Source: Micrococcales bacterium (lineage in GTDB: Bacteria > Actinomycetota > Actinomycetes > S36-B12 > GCA-2699445). Taken from it: a DNA stretch of 64,000 nucleotides. The stretch covers positions 2,532 to 66,531 of the forward strand of contig PAAU01000020.1 of assembly GCA_002699445.1 (NCBI GenBank). Reading direction: 5' to 3'. Shown here one piece after another: positions 56,610-64,000 of this stretch. The number at the start of each line of letters is the position of its first letter. Within the stretch, counting starts at the first letter, position 1. The notes beneath the pieces were generated by a model. It ran no database searches, was not told the DNA's origin, and saw nothing but the letters and a program-made list of their open reading frames with translations. A program made the translations under genes and the position numbers.

Positions 56610-56873
56610 GTGAAAACTGTTGAGGCACTATTTGCCGAGATTCAGCAGCGGGCGGAGGATCGGCCGGCAGGTTCGGGGACCGTCAGGCTCCTAGACGGCG
56701 GTGCCCACGCGATCGGGAAAAAAATTGTTGAAGAAGCTGCGGAAGTGTGGATGGCCGCTGAGCACGAAGATCCCCAGCGGACGGCAGAAGAGATCTCACA
56801 GTTGATCTATCACCTCGAGGTACTGATGGTGTCTCAAGGAATTGCTCTGTCCGACGTTTACGAATACCTGTGA
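56610..56873 (+). CDS. hisE: Phosphoribosyl-ATP diphosphatase
   Basis: [17 protein letters not shown] and EEISQLIYH. Alternative start 56604. Confidence 0.95.
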   Translation: MKTVEALFAEIQQRAEDRPAGSGTVRLLDGGAHAIGKKIVEEAAEVWMAAEHEDPQRTAEEISQLIYHLEVLMVSQGIALSDVYEYL

Positions 56874-56879
56874 GGCGTC

Positions 56880-57725
56880 ATGCTACGAATTGCTCTACCC
56901 AATAAGGGACAACTGTCCGAACCTGCAAAGGCTATGTTGCGGGAAGCCGGCTATCGTGGCGCCAGGAATCCTCGTGATCTCGTCATTACCGATCAAGAAA
57001 ATGACGTGGAGTTCTTTCTACTGCGACCACGAGATATTGCCACTTATGTAGGTGCCGGCACTCTCGACTTAGGGATTACCGGCAGAGATATGTTGGCAGA
57101 TTCCGGTTCCGATGCTCAGGAAGTCCTACAGTTGGGGTTCGCTCCATCAGCTTTTCGACTGGCAGCACCCAACGGCTCAGTCTCGGACCTCACCGAGATC
57201 GGTGGTCTGAGGATCGCCACCTCCTACCCCATCTTGTTGAGTGCCTATCTGGCCGCGGTTGGGGTGCAGGCTGAGGTCATTTCGCTTGATGGTGCGGTCG
57301 AGAACGCGGTCCGACTCGGAGTCGCGGATGCAGTCGCAGATGTTGTGGATACGGGAACAACGCTGCGGCAGGCTGGACTGGAACTGGTCGGTGAACCGAT
57401 CTTGCTGAGCGAGGCGGTTTTAATCAGGCGCAATGAGGCTCCCTCTTCCGCTGGTGTAGATCGATTCGTGAAGCGACTGCAAGGGGTTCTCACCGCACGG
57501 GCATATGTCTTAGTTGACTATGACATTCCGTTGGATCGTGTCAAAGAGGCCTGTGAGTTAACCCCAGGACTCGAATCACCGACAGTATCCCCGCTCCACG
57601 ATGAAGGTTGGGCGGCGGTGCGCGCGGTGGTGCCGAAGTTGGAGGTTCATCGGATTATGGACAAACTCGCTGACATGGGCGGTCGTGGCATTCTGGTGAC
57701 CGCTATCTCTGCTTGTAGGTTGTAG
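56880..57725 (+). CDS. hisG: ATP phosphoribosyltransferase (long form)
   Basis: Motifs IALPNKG, LRPRDI, IATSY, LDGAVE and TPGLESPTVSPL. Confidence 0.97.
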   Translation: MLRIALPNKGQLSEPAKAMLREAGYRGARNPRDLVITDQENDVEFFLLRPRDIATYVGAGTLDLGITGRDMLADSGSDAQEVLQLGFAPSAFRLAAPNGSVSDLTEIGGLRIATSYPILLSAYLAAVGVQAEVISLDGAVENAVRLGVADAVADVVDTGTTLRQAGLELVGEPILLSEAVLIRRNEAPSSAGVDRFVKRLQGVLTARAYVLVDYDIPLDRVKEACELTPGLESPTVSPLHDEGWAAVRAVVPKLEVHRIMDKLADMGGRGILVTAISACRL

Positions 57726-57741
57726 GAAGCAGGAGGCGGAA

Positions 57742-58824
57742 ATGGCGCAAGGCAGCACAAAAAAATCGACTGGCTCCCGGAAAAAAAAGACGCAGACGGG
57801 TAAATCAACCGCCAGGAAACGGAACTCCGCGACTAAATCAGGCGTGAAAAAGAAGCAGAGCGCGAAGCCTTCAGCGGCGCGCTCTGCTCCCAAGAAGTCT
57901 GGAGCCACAAAGACCAGTTCGAAGAAGACCTCTCCGAAATCAAGGTCGAGCGGCAAACCACAACGATCCCCGGTCAGCGAAGCAGAAGTCTCGGTGAATT
58001 CCCCCACTTCGGCGGTCCCATCAGATCGAGAGTGGCCGGGCTCCCCCGTGCGACGAAGCCTCGGGGCTGCGTTGCTGGGCTTAGCTGGAGCGGGTCGGTT
58101 TGCTTCGGGTGACAGTCAGGTCATGCCGGGACCGGGTGGTGAGTTGCCAGGTGAGCCAGTAGTAGATGTTGCTTTGGGAGCGCTCGATATGTTTCTCGCG
58201 GCAGGGGAGCGAGTGACTGACGCGGTAAGGGATCGTATAAATCCTGCCGTTACGGATGCTCTAGGTCCGGCGACCAGTTCCGTGACCGGAGTTTCCGGGA
58301 CCGGAATGGATGTTCTGGGATCGGTCACTGGTCCCCTCGCGGAGCGGGGCCGCCGGTTGCGCGCAGTTTCCGAGCACGAGGCTGCGGCCGCTGTAGCAGC
58401 TGTACTTCCAGAAACTATTGAGTTAGCGATGACTCAAATTGATCTGACTGATCTGGCTATCAATCACATAGATCTCGAACGATTACTAGAAGCCGCTGTT
58501 GAACAGGTCGATATGACGCAGTTCGCCATTGACCATATGGACTTGCCGCGTCTCGTGGCGGCGAGCCTCGAGCAGGTGGATCTGACTGAGATTGCCATGG
58601 ACAAAGTCGACTTCGCCCGCACACTTCCTATGGTGATGGAGCAGGTCGACATGATTGCTCTGGTGAGGGAACAGATTGATCCGGCCAAACTCGCCGCGTT
58701 CATTCGAGACAACGTAGACCTCACCGAAGCGATCAGGACGACCCCGGGAGCAGTAGCCGGTGACGCGATGCGAGGCGTCACGAAGCGCGCCCGACGCATT
58801 GTAGGTGGGACCGAGGAGGGCTAG
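57742..58824 (+). CDS. Hypothetical protein with Lys/Ser-rich basic N-terminus and C-terminal (I/V/M)D(L/M/F) helical repeats
   Basis: AGGAGG SD and a 360-aa ORF filling the gap; repeat visible in the translation. Confidence 0.8.
   Translation: MAQGSTKKSTGSRKKKTQTGKSTARKRNSATKSGVKKKQSAKPSAARSAPKKSGATKTSSKKTSPKSRSSGKPQRSPVSEAEVSVNSPTSAVPSDREWPGSPVRRSLGAALLGLAGAGRFASGDSQVMPGPGGELPGEPVVDVALGALDMFLAAGERVTDAVRDRINPAVTDALGPATSSVTGVSGTGMDVLGSVTGPLAERGRRLRAVSEHEAAAAVAAVLPETIELAMTQIDLTDLAINHIDLERLLEAAVEQVDMTQFAIDHMDLPRLVAASLEQVDLTEIAMDKVDFARTLPMVMEQVDMIALVREQIDPAKLAAFIRDNVDLTEAIRTTPGAVAGDAMRGVTKRARRIVGGTEEG
58438..58737 (+). repeat. Coding tandem repeat, about 23-aa (10+13) period, roughly four units
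   Basis: IDLTDLAINH/IDLERLLEAAVEQ/VDMTQFAIDH/MDLPRLVAASLEQ/VDLTEIAMDK/VDFARTLPMVMEQ/VDMIALVREQ/IDPAKLAAFIRDN/VDLTEAIR. Confidence 0.75.
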
Positions 58825-58953
58825 CCGCTAGTTTGGCGGGGCGTCCTGATGAAAGTGATCCAGCGGCTCTAGTCGGGGTCGGTGGCTCTGGGTCGTTGGG
58901 TAGTTCCTGACAAGAGTATGCGCAATGTCCGCTGATCTGAATAGAGTAGAACG

Positions 58954-60456
58954 ATGAGCACATTGCCGACCGCGGACTTGCTCGAGGAAGTCCTGGATCC
59001 CGGAACGTGGCGTCCGTGGGACGTCCCAATTGTGGACGGGGTATCTGACTCCGATTATCGCGACGAGCTTCAAGCAGCAGCGACCAATGCTCATTCAGAT
59101 GAGTCGGTGATTACCGGCTCTGGGCGGGTGGACGACCAACCAGTAGCTGTTATCGCGGGAGACTTTAGCTTTCTTGCCGGCTCCATTGGACGGGTAGCCG
59201 CTGATCGGATCATGGGCGCAGCAGATCGTGCCACAGCGTTGGGGCTGCCATTGCTCGCACTTCCTGCATCTGGTGGCACCCGGATGCAAGAAGGTACGCC
59301 CGCATTCCTCCTTATGGCCGGGATAGCAGCAGCGATAAGGCGTCACACCGACGCTGGTTTGCCCTATCTGGTCTATTTGCGAAATCCCACGCTGGGCGGA
59401 GTCTTGGCCTCGTGGGGGTCTCTGGGCGATACCGTTCATGCTGAACCTGGCGCACTCATCGGATTTCTTGGCCCTCGAATCTACGAAGGTTTGACCGGTG
59501 AAGACTTTCCCGCTGAAGTTCAGACTAGTGAGGCTCTCGCAGCGGCTGGTGTCATCGATGGAGTGATGTCTCCGGAGCAGTGGCGGGATTTTGTCGGTTC
59601 CGTCGTGCGTGCGCTGCGAGCACGCCCTGAAAGTCAACAGCCATTGCTGAGTTGGGAATCGGCGGGTGCTGGTGGCGGGGCGGCCGCGGATGCCGACCTC
59701 CGCCTCGTTGCACCGGAACATTTCGAAGGATGGGCGGCTGTGACGGCAACTCGGGAACCGCAGCGTCCAGGTCTAGACGCGTTGCTCTCCCATACCGTCG
59801 ACTTCGCGGAAATCTCGGGCACCCAGGCGGGTGAGCGGGCAGCAGCTACGACGGCAGGCATTGGTCAGATAGCTGGACTGGGTTGTGTGCTGGTCGGGTT
59901 TGATCGAGGTAAGCAGGACGCGGGACAGGCGGTAGGCCCTAGCGATCTTAGGCTCGCGCGCCGCGCGATGGCGCTCGCGGAGAGGTGGCAGCTGCCCTTG
60001 GTAACTGTCATTGACACCGATGGTGGCGAACTGAGCGTTGCCGCCGAGACGGGGGCCTTGGCCGGAGAGATCGCTCGTTGTCTTGCAGACCTCGCCGCTC
60101 TACGGACTCCGGTCTTATCGATCTTGTTGGGTAGCGGAGTGGGTGGGGCAGCACTCGCTCTCCTGCCCGGAGATGTAGTGCTGGCCGCCGCAGACTCATG
60201 GGTGACCCCGCTGCCCCCTGAAGGGGTATCTCTCATTATGTACCGCACTATTGACCGAGCCGCCGACATTGCCAACGCGCAGAGTATTACGGCGAGCGAT
60301 CTGGCACGCATTGGAGCTGTGGACCGTATTGTGGCTCCGCCCAAACCGGGTATGCCGAAATTCTCCGTCGCAGTCGGGGAGGAACTGTCCAGAGCCGTAG
60401 GCACTCCGCTGGACTTGGGGGCACGGGCCGCTAAATGGTCCAGCTTATGGGCCTAA
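58954..60456 (+). CDS. Fused acyl-CoA carboxylase carboxyltransferase beta+alpha subunit
   Basis: FSFLAGSIG, SGGTRMQEG, NPTLGGV.AS and AEPGALIGFLGPR (beta half); LPLVTVIDT and GGAALAL (alpha half). Confidence 0.88.
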   Translation: MSTLPTADLLEEVLDPGTWRPWDVPIVDGVSDSDYRDELQAAATNAHSDESVITGSGRVDDQPVAVIAGDFSFLAGSIGRVAADRIMGAADRATALGLPLLALPASGGTRMQEGTPAFLLMAGIAAAIRRHTDAGLPYLVYLRNPTLGGVLASWGSLGDTVHAEPGALIGFLGPRIYEGLTGEDFPAEVQTSEALAAAGVIDGVMSPEQWRDFVGSVVRALRARPESQQPLLSWESAGAGGGAAADADLRLVAPEHFEGWAAVTATREPQRPGLDALLSHTVDFAEISGTQAGERAAATTAGIGQIAGLGCVLVGFDRGKQDAGQAVGPSDLRLARRAMALAERWQLPLVTVIDTDGGELSVAAETGALAGEIARCLADLAALRTPVLSILLGSGVGGAALALLPGDVVLAAADSWVTPLPPEGVSLIMYRTIDRAADIANAQSITASDLARIGAVDRIVAPPKPGMPKFSVAVGEELSRAVGTPLDLGARAAKWSSLWA

Positions 60457-60463
60457 ACCGTCG

Positions 60464-60802
60464 CTACCGCCTGCGGGATTGACCTTCGCCGGGCCCTTCG
60501 CCTGGTGGGTCAGGGATTTCTTGGGCCTCGCGAAATGCTTTTTGCAGTGTACTGAGTCCATCTCGTAACGGAGCTGCGTGGTGATGTCCCAACTGTGGTG
60601 CTGCAGCGTTAATCAGCCCCGCAAGGGCTTCAATCAAGATTCGTGCCTCTGCTAGGTCCTGTTCTTCCTCAGTATTTTCAAACAGTCCCAGTTTTACTGC
60701 CGCGGCCGTCATCAGATCGGTGGCGTGAGCACCAAGAATTTCCACAGCCGACAGCCTCATGAGGTCGCGGGTTGCAGAAGTAGAGTGCGGCTCTTGGGCC
60801 AT
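60464..60802 (-). CDS. DUF1844-like protein
   Basis: AVE....A..LMTAAAVKLGL, DLAEAR.LI.ALAGL, PLRDGL..LQ.AFREA and PGEGPGE; usually divergent from infC. ATG 60802 lies 6 nt after TACGGT. Confidence 0.85.
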   Translation of the reverse strand: MAQEPHSTSATRDLMRLSAVEILGAHATDLMTAAAVKLGLFENTEEEQDLAEARILIEALAGLINAAAPQLGHHHAAPLRDGLSTLQKAFREAQEIPDPPGEGPGEGQSRRR

Positions 60803-60853
60803 GCTGTGACCGTACCTCGACAATGGACTTGCCCTGGGGTGGGGGTTGTCATC

Positions 60854-61025
60854 TACACTTTGACTGATCCTGCCAATCAGACGGTCAGGACCTGCAAGCG
60901 GACATGCGTCCCACCGCGCAGCTGAGGCTAGCGCGGTCGCCAACCTAACGGTTGTTGTCGCTCCGCCCTGCATGTCTATCTTCGGGTTGGCTAGTGAAGA
61001 AGAATGCGACAACCAAGGAGGCGCT
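60854..61025 (+). promoter_or_regulatory. infC-rpmI-rplT promoter and structured leader
   Basis: -10 TACACT 60854-60859; stems GGAC/GTCC 60900-60911, ACCGCGC/GCGCGGT 60913-60937 and GTTGTCG/CGACAAC ending just before the SD. Confidence 0.5.
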
Positions 61026-61676
61026 ATCAGCGAAGAACCACGCATCAACGACCGGATCCGAGTCCCAGAAGTGCGTTTGGTGGGACCAAACGGGGAACAG
61101 GTAGGAATCGTTCGTATCGACGACGCATTGCGGCTCGCTGCGGAAAGTGATCTCGATCTGGTCGAGGTGGCCGCCAACAGTCGTCCGCCGGTTTGCAAGT
61201 TGATGGACTACGGCAAGTTCAAGTATGAAGCTGCTCAAAAAGATCGAGCGGCTCGCCGTAATCAGACGCAGACCGTGGTTAAAGAGATGAAACTTCGTCC
61301 CAAGATTGATCCACATGATTATGAGACCAAGAAGGGTCACATTGTCCGATTCTTGAATCAGGGTGACAAGGTCAAAGTCACAATCATGTTCCGAGGTCGA
61401 GAGCAGTCTCGCCCCGAGCTCGGCTTTCGACTCTTGGAGCAACTCTCGGAAGATATAGAAGAGATCGGATATGTGGAATTCGCTCCTAAGCAAGAAGGCA
61501 GGAATATGACGATGGTCATTGCTCCTGTGAAGAAAAAGTCCGAAGTCAAGGGAGCTCGGTCCCAGCAGCGTCGAGATAGGGAGCGTCGGGACGAAGAACG
61601 GGCCCAACGTGACCGCGACCGTCAGGTAGCGGCGGCGGAAAAGAAAGCAGCAATGAAAACCGAGGTTGCCGACTAG
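61026..61676 (+). CDS. infC: Translation initiation factor IF-3 (likely non-canonical ATC start)
   Basis: [31 protein letters not shown] and [11 protein letters not shown]; AAGGAGG SD directly before in-frame ATC 61026. Confidence 0.95.
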   Translation: MSEEPRINDRIRVPEVRLVGPNGEQVGIVRIDDALRLAAESDLDLVEVAANSRPPVCKLMDYGKFKYEAAQKDRAARRNQTQTVVKEMKLRPKIDPHDYETKKGHIVRFLNQGDKVKVTIMFRGREQSRPELGFRLLEQLSEDIEEIGYVEFAPKQEGRNMTMVIAPVKKKSEVKGARSQQRRDRERRDEERAQRDRDRQVAAAEKKAAMKTEVAD

Positions 61677-61707
61677 TAGTCGCAGCCACATCACCAAGGA
61701 GGCAACT

Positions 61708-61905
61708 ATGCCGAAGATGAAGACCCACAGTGGGACAAAAAAGCGGGTCAAAGTATCCGGCAAAGGCAAGCTGGTTCGGGAGCAGGCCAACCGTCGACAC
61801 CTTCTCGAAGGTAAGAATCGGAAGCGTACCCGGCGGCTCGCTAAGAACACCGAGGTATCTGCTGCCGACACGAAGCAGACCAAGCGGTTACTGGGTAAGC
61901 GCTGA
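61708..61905 (+). CDS. rpmI: 50S ribosomal protein L35
   Basis: [13 protein letters not shown]; AAGGAGG SD. Confidence 0.96.
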   Translation: MPKMKTHSGTKKRVKVSGKGKLVREQANRRHLLEGKNRKRTRRLAKNTEVSAADTKQTKRLLGKR

Positions 61906-61966
61906 CCATCATCCGAATGGAACGCATTGAGCGGCTCAATCGGATCAGGACCACAAGGAGAAAAAC

Positions 61967-62332
61967 ATGGCAAGGGTGAAGCGGGCGGTTAACGCCCACA
62001 AGAAGCGTCGCGAAATCTTGGAAGAGGCGAGTGGCTACCGGGGGCAGCGCTCACGGCTATATCGCAAGGCAAAAGAACAGGTCACCCACTCCAAGATCTA
62101 TGCCTACGATCATCGCAAGGCTCGCAAAGGCGATTTCCGTCGTCTGTGGATCCAGAGGATCAACGCCGCGGCCCGAGCAAACGGCATGACCTACAACCGC
62201 TTCATCCAGGGTCTTCGCCTGGCCGAGGTGGAAGTAGATCGTCGTATGCTCGCCGAGACTGCGGTAAATGATCCGGAAGCCTTTGCTGCGTTAGTCGATC
62301 AGGCTCGCGCCGCCCTACCCGCAGCATCCTGA
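61967..62332 (+). CDS. rplT: 50S ribosomal protein L20
   Basis: MARVKR and [14 protein letters not shown]. Confidence 0.98.
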   Translation: MARVKRAVNAHKKRREILEEASGYRGQRSRLYRKAKEQVTHSKIYAYDHRKARKGDFRRLWIQRINAAARANGMTYNRFIQGLRLAEVEVDRRMLAETAVNDPEAFAALVDQARAALPAAS

Positions 62333-62341
62333 TCAGGACAC

Positions 62342-63151
62342 GTGAACCAATCGCAAGGCCCGACATCGGTCAAGTCTGACCGAGTCCGGGCCTTGCGGCG
62401 TCTTTCACAGCGTGCCTTCCGACGGCAAGTGGGTCGCTTCCTTGCCGAAGGTCCCCAAGTTGTACGTGAGGCAGTGACCCATCGTCCCGATACCGTCGTT
62501 GAGGTCTTTGTGGCCCAAGCGGCCCCTGACCCAGCCGCTGAGGTCGCCACGGCAGCGCGTCTAGCCGGATTGCCGGTAGTCGAAGTGTCAGAGCAAGTTT
62601 TGCTAGCCATCACCGAGACAGTGCATCCGCAAGGAATAGCTGCTGTATGCACCTATCTGGATCAACCACCAGAAGAGCTGCTCATCGGGGCGCGGCTAGC
62701 GGTGCTACTAGATCGAGTGCGGGATCCAGGAAATGCCGGCACTATTTTGCGTACTGCCGATGCAGCGGGTGCCGACGCAGTTTTTTTCACTGACAGTTCC
62801 GTCGATATTTATAACGGTAAGTGTGTGCGTTCGTCGGTGGGCTCGATATTTCACCTACCTGTTGCAGTAAATGTCATAGCGGTCGACATAGTGAAGTTGG
62901 CTCGAGAAGCGGGTCTGGTGTCGCTGGCGGCCGATGCGGGTGGTGAGCTAGAAATCCCGGCAGCCGAACAAATATTGCGTCAACCAACTATGTGGCTCTT
63001 GGGTAATGAAGCGCATGGTTTAGCGGAAGAACTGGCAATGGCCGTCGATCACCGGGTAGCCGTGCCGATTTACGGTCGCGCCGAGTCACTCAATCTGGCC
63101 GCTGCCGCATCGGTCTGTCTCTACGCTAGTGCCTTCGCCCAAAGCAGCTGA
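62342..63151 (+). CDS. TrmH/SpoU family RNA methyltransferase
   Basis: Motifs FLAEG, DPGNAGTILRTADAAG, GNEAHG and ESLNLA. Confidence 0.93.
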   Translation: MNQSQGPTSVKSDRVRALRRLSQRAFRRQVGRFLAEGPQVVREAVTHRPDTVVEVFVAQAAPDPAAEVATAARLAGLPVVEVSEQVLLAITETVHPQGIAAVCTYLDQPPEELLIGARLAVLLDRVRDPGNAGTILRTADAAGADAVFFTDSSVDIYNGKCVRSSVGSIFHLPVAVNVIAVDIVKLAREAGLVSLAADAGGELEIPAAEQILRQPTMWLLGNEAHGLAEELAMAVDHRVAVPIYGRAESLNLAAAASVCLYASAFAQSS

Positions 63152-63198
63152 ACCAGCGGCAGTGCGGTTACGGTTCCTGCCTTCACTACACTTATCGG

Positions 63199-64000
63199 GT
63201 GTCCGCTCCCAATAAAGACTTCGATCCGGTCGCTGCTGAGGCGCTTTCCGAGGAATCGGTAGCTGCTGCCGTTGTCGCCGCCGAAGAAGCTTTCGCCAGC
63301 GCCAACGATTTAGACGAGCTGAAAGCCGCCCGATTGGATCACGCAGGTGATCGATCCCCACTGGCGTTGGCCAACCGTGAGATCGGTGCTTTACCTCCCT
63401 CTGCCAAGGCGGAGGCTGGCAAACGTGTCGGACAGGCACGGCAACAGGTCAAGCAATCATTGGCTGCTCGCCAAGCGATCTTGGAGATTGCACGTGACGA
63501 GCGGGTGCTCGCCGAAGAATCGGTGGATGTGACCAAACCCTTTGATCGAGATCCCATCGGCGGAAGACATCCGCTGAGCACGATCCAGGAGAGAATGGCA
63601 GACATTTTTGTCGCCATGGGATACGACGTGGTGGATGGACCTGAGGTGGAGTCGGAGTGGCACAACTTTGACGCATTAAATCTGGGTCCCGATCATCCAG
63701 CCCGATCGATGCAAGATACTTTCTTCGTCGAGTCGGCAGATTCTGGGATGGTACTGCGCACTCACACTTCTCCGGTACAGATTCGTACTATGCTTCGGCA
63801 ACCCCCACCGATCTACATGATCGCGCCTGGTCGGGTGTTTCGAGCTGACGAGTTGGACGCCACTCATACCCCAGTGTTCAGCCAAATCGAAGGATTGGCT
63901 GTTGATCGTGGCATCACCATGGCCCACCTAAAAGGCACGTTGGATCACTTTGCGTCGGCCTTATTTGGTGAAGGCATCGTCACGCGACTGCGACCCTCAT
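63199..64000 (+). CDS. pheS: Phenylalanine--tRNA ligase alpha subunit (runs off the window; absent from the ORF track)
   Basis: GTG 63199 gives MSAPNKDFDPV...; frame contains NFDALN..PDHPARSMQDTF, LRTHTSPVQIR, PGRVFRADELDATHTPVFSQIEGL and RLRPS. Confidence 0.96.
   Translation, partial: MSAPNKDFDPVAAEALSEESVAAAVVAAEEAFASANDLDELKAARLDHAGDRSPLALANREIGALPPSAKAEAGKRVGQARQQVKQSLAARQAILEIARDERVLAEESVDVTKPFDRDPIGGRHPLSTIQERMADIFVAMGYDVVDGPEVESEWHNFDALNLGPDHPARSMQDTFFVESADSGMVLRTHTSPVQIRTMLRQPPPIYMIAPGRVFRADELDATHTPVFSQIEGLAVDRGITMAHLKGTLDHFASALFGEGIVTRLRPS

Noticed and set aside
57759-57788. A7/A8 homopolymers early in the Lys-rich ORF, suggesting phase variation
   Set aside because: They are explained by consecutive Lys codons, the runs are short, and the frame is intact.
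58823-58870. CTGATGA(AAG) within a hairpin-rich spacer, resembling a hammerhead ribozyme core
   Set aside because: No stem II followed by a separate GAAA, and no stem III/NUH arrangement could be built. It is more likely a simple GC-rich terminator-like structure.
60945-61973. 342-aa antisense ORF over infC-rpmI, and many other long shadow ORFs (e.g. 754-1554, 23694-24434)
   Set aside because: They lie antisense to well-supported genes and show no recognisable motifs; such ORFs are expected in GC-rich coding DNA.
1-64000. tRNA, rRNA, CRISPR, IS, integrase, intein (e.g. in dnaE)
   Set aside because: No cloverleafs, repeat-spacer arrays, transposase or integrase ORFs, or intein-sized insertions were recognised by eye. 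tRNAscan, cmscan and CRISPR finders were not run.

Overview
This 64-kb window is a gene-dense core-chromosome segment of an actinobacterium. Almost all genes are on the + strand. Gene order: dnaE (5'-truncated); his cluster (hisD-C-B-H-priA/hisA-F-I); trpE, HGxxPAAW protein, an inserted two-component system, trpC-B-A; VKOR-DsbA-lgt; gltB-gltD; a 4-gene accessory insert (AI-2E, DUF2252-like, DUF6325-like, SHOCT); pyk; bldD; pyrR-B-C-carA-B-pyrK-pyrD-pyrF; IHF-like, gmk, rpoZ, coaBC, metK, priA, def, fmt, rsmB, rpe; rib cluster; hisE-G; a repeat protein; fused accDA; infC-rpmI-rplT-TrmH-pheS (3'-truncated). I saw no rRNA, tRNA, CRISPR array, IS element or prophage. The most interesting signals are: (i) a compact hairpin/pseudoknot in the gltB 5'UTR whose loop is complementary to the bases abutting the Shine-Dalgarno (SD) sequence; (ii) a structured, repeat-flanked metK leader with a possible switch; (iii) a pyrK-pyrD pair that appears to have lost catalytic residues; (iv) a catalytically eroded DUF2252 kinase-like protein in an uncharacterised module; (v) a two-component system splitting the trp operon; (vi) a strongly diverged IHF; (vii) BldD with an intact c-di-GMP motif and a BldD-box-like site; and (viii) pervasive leaderless-gene architecture. 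All family calls come from motif recognition by eye; no database search or folding program was run.
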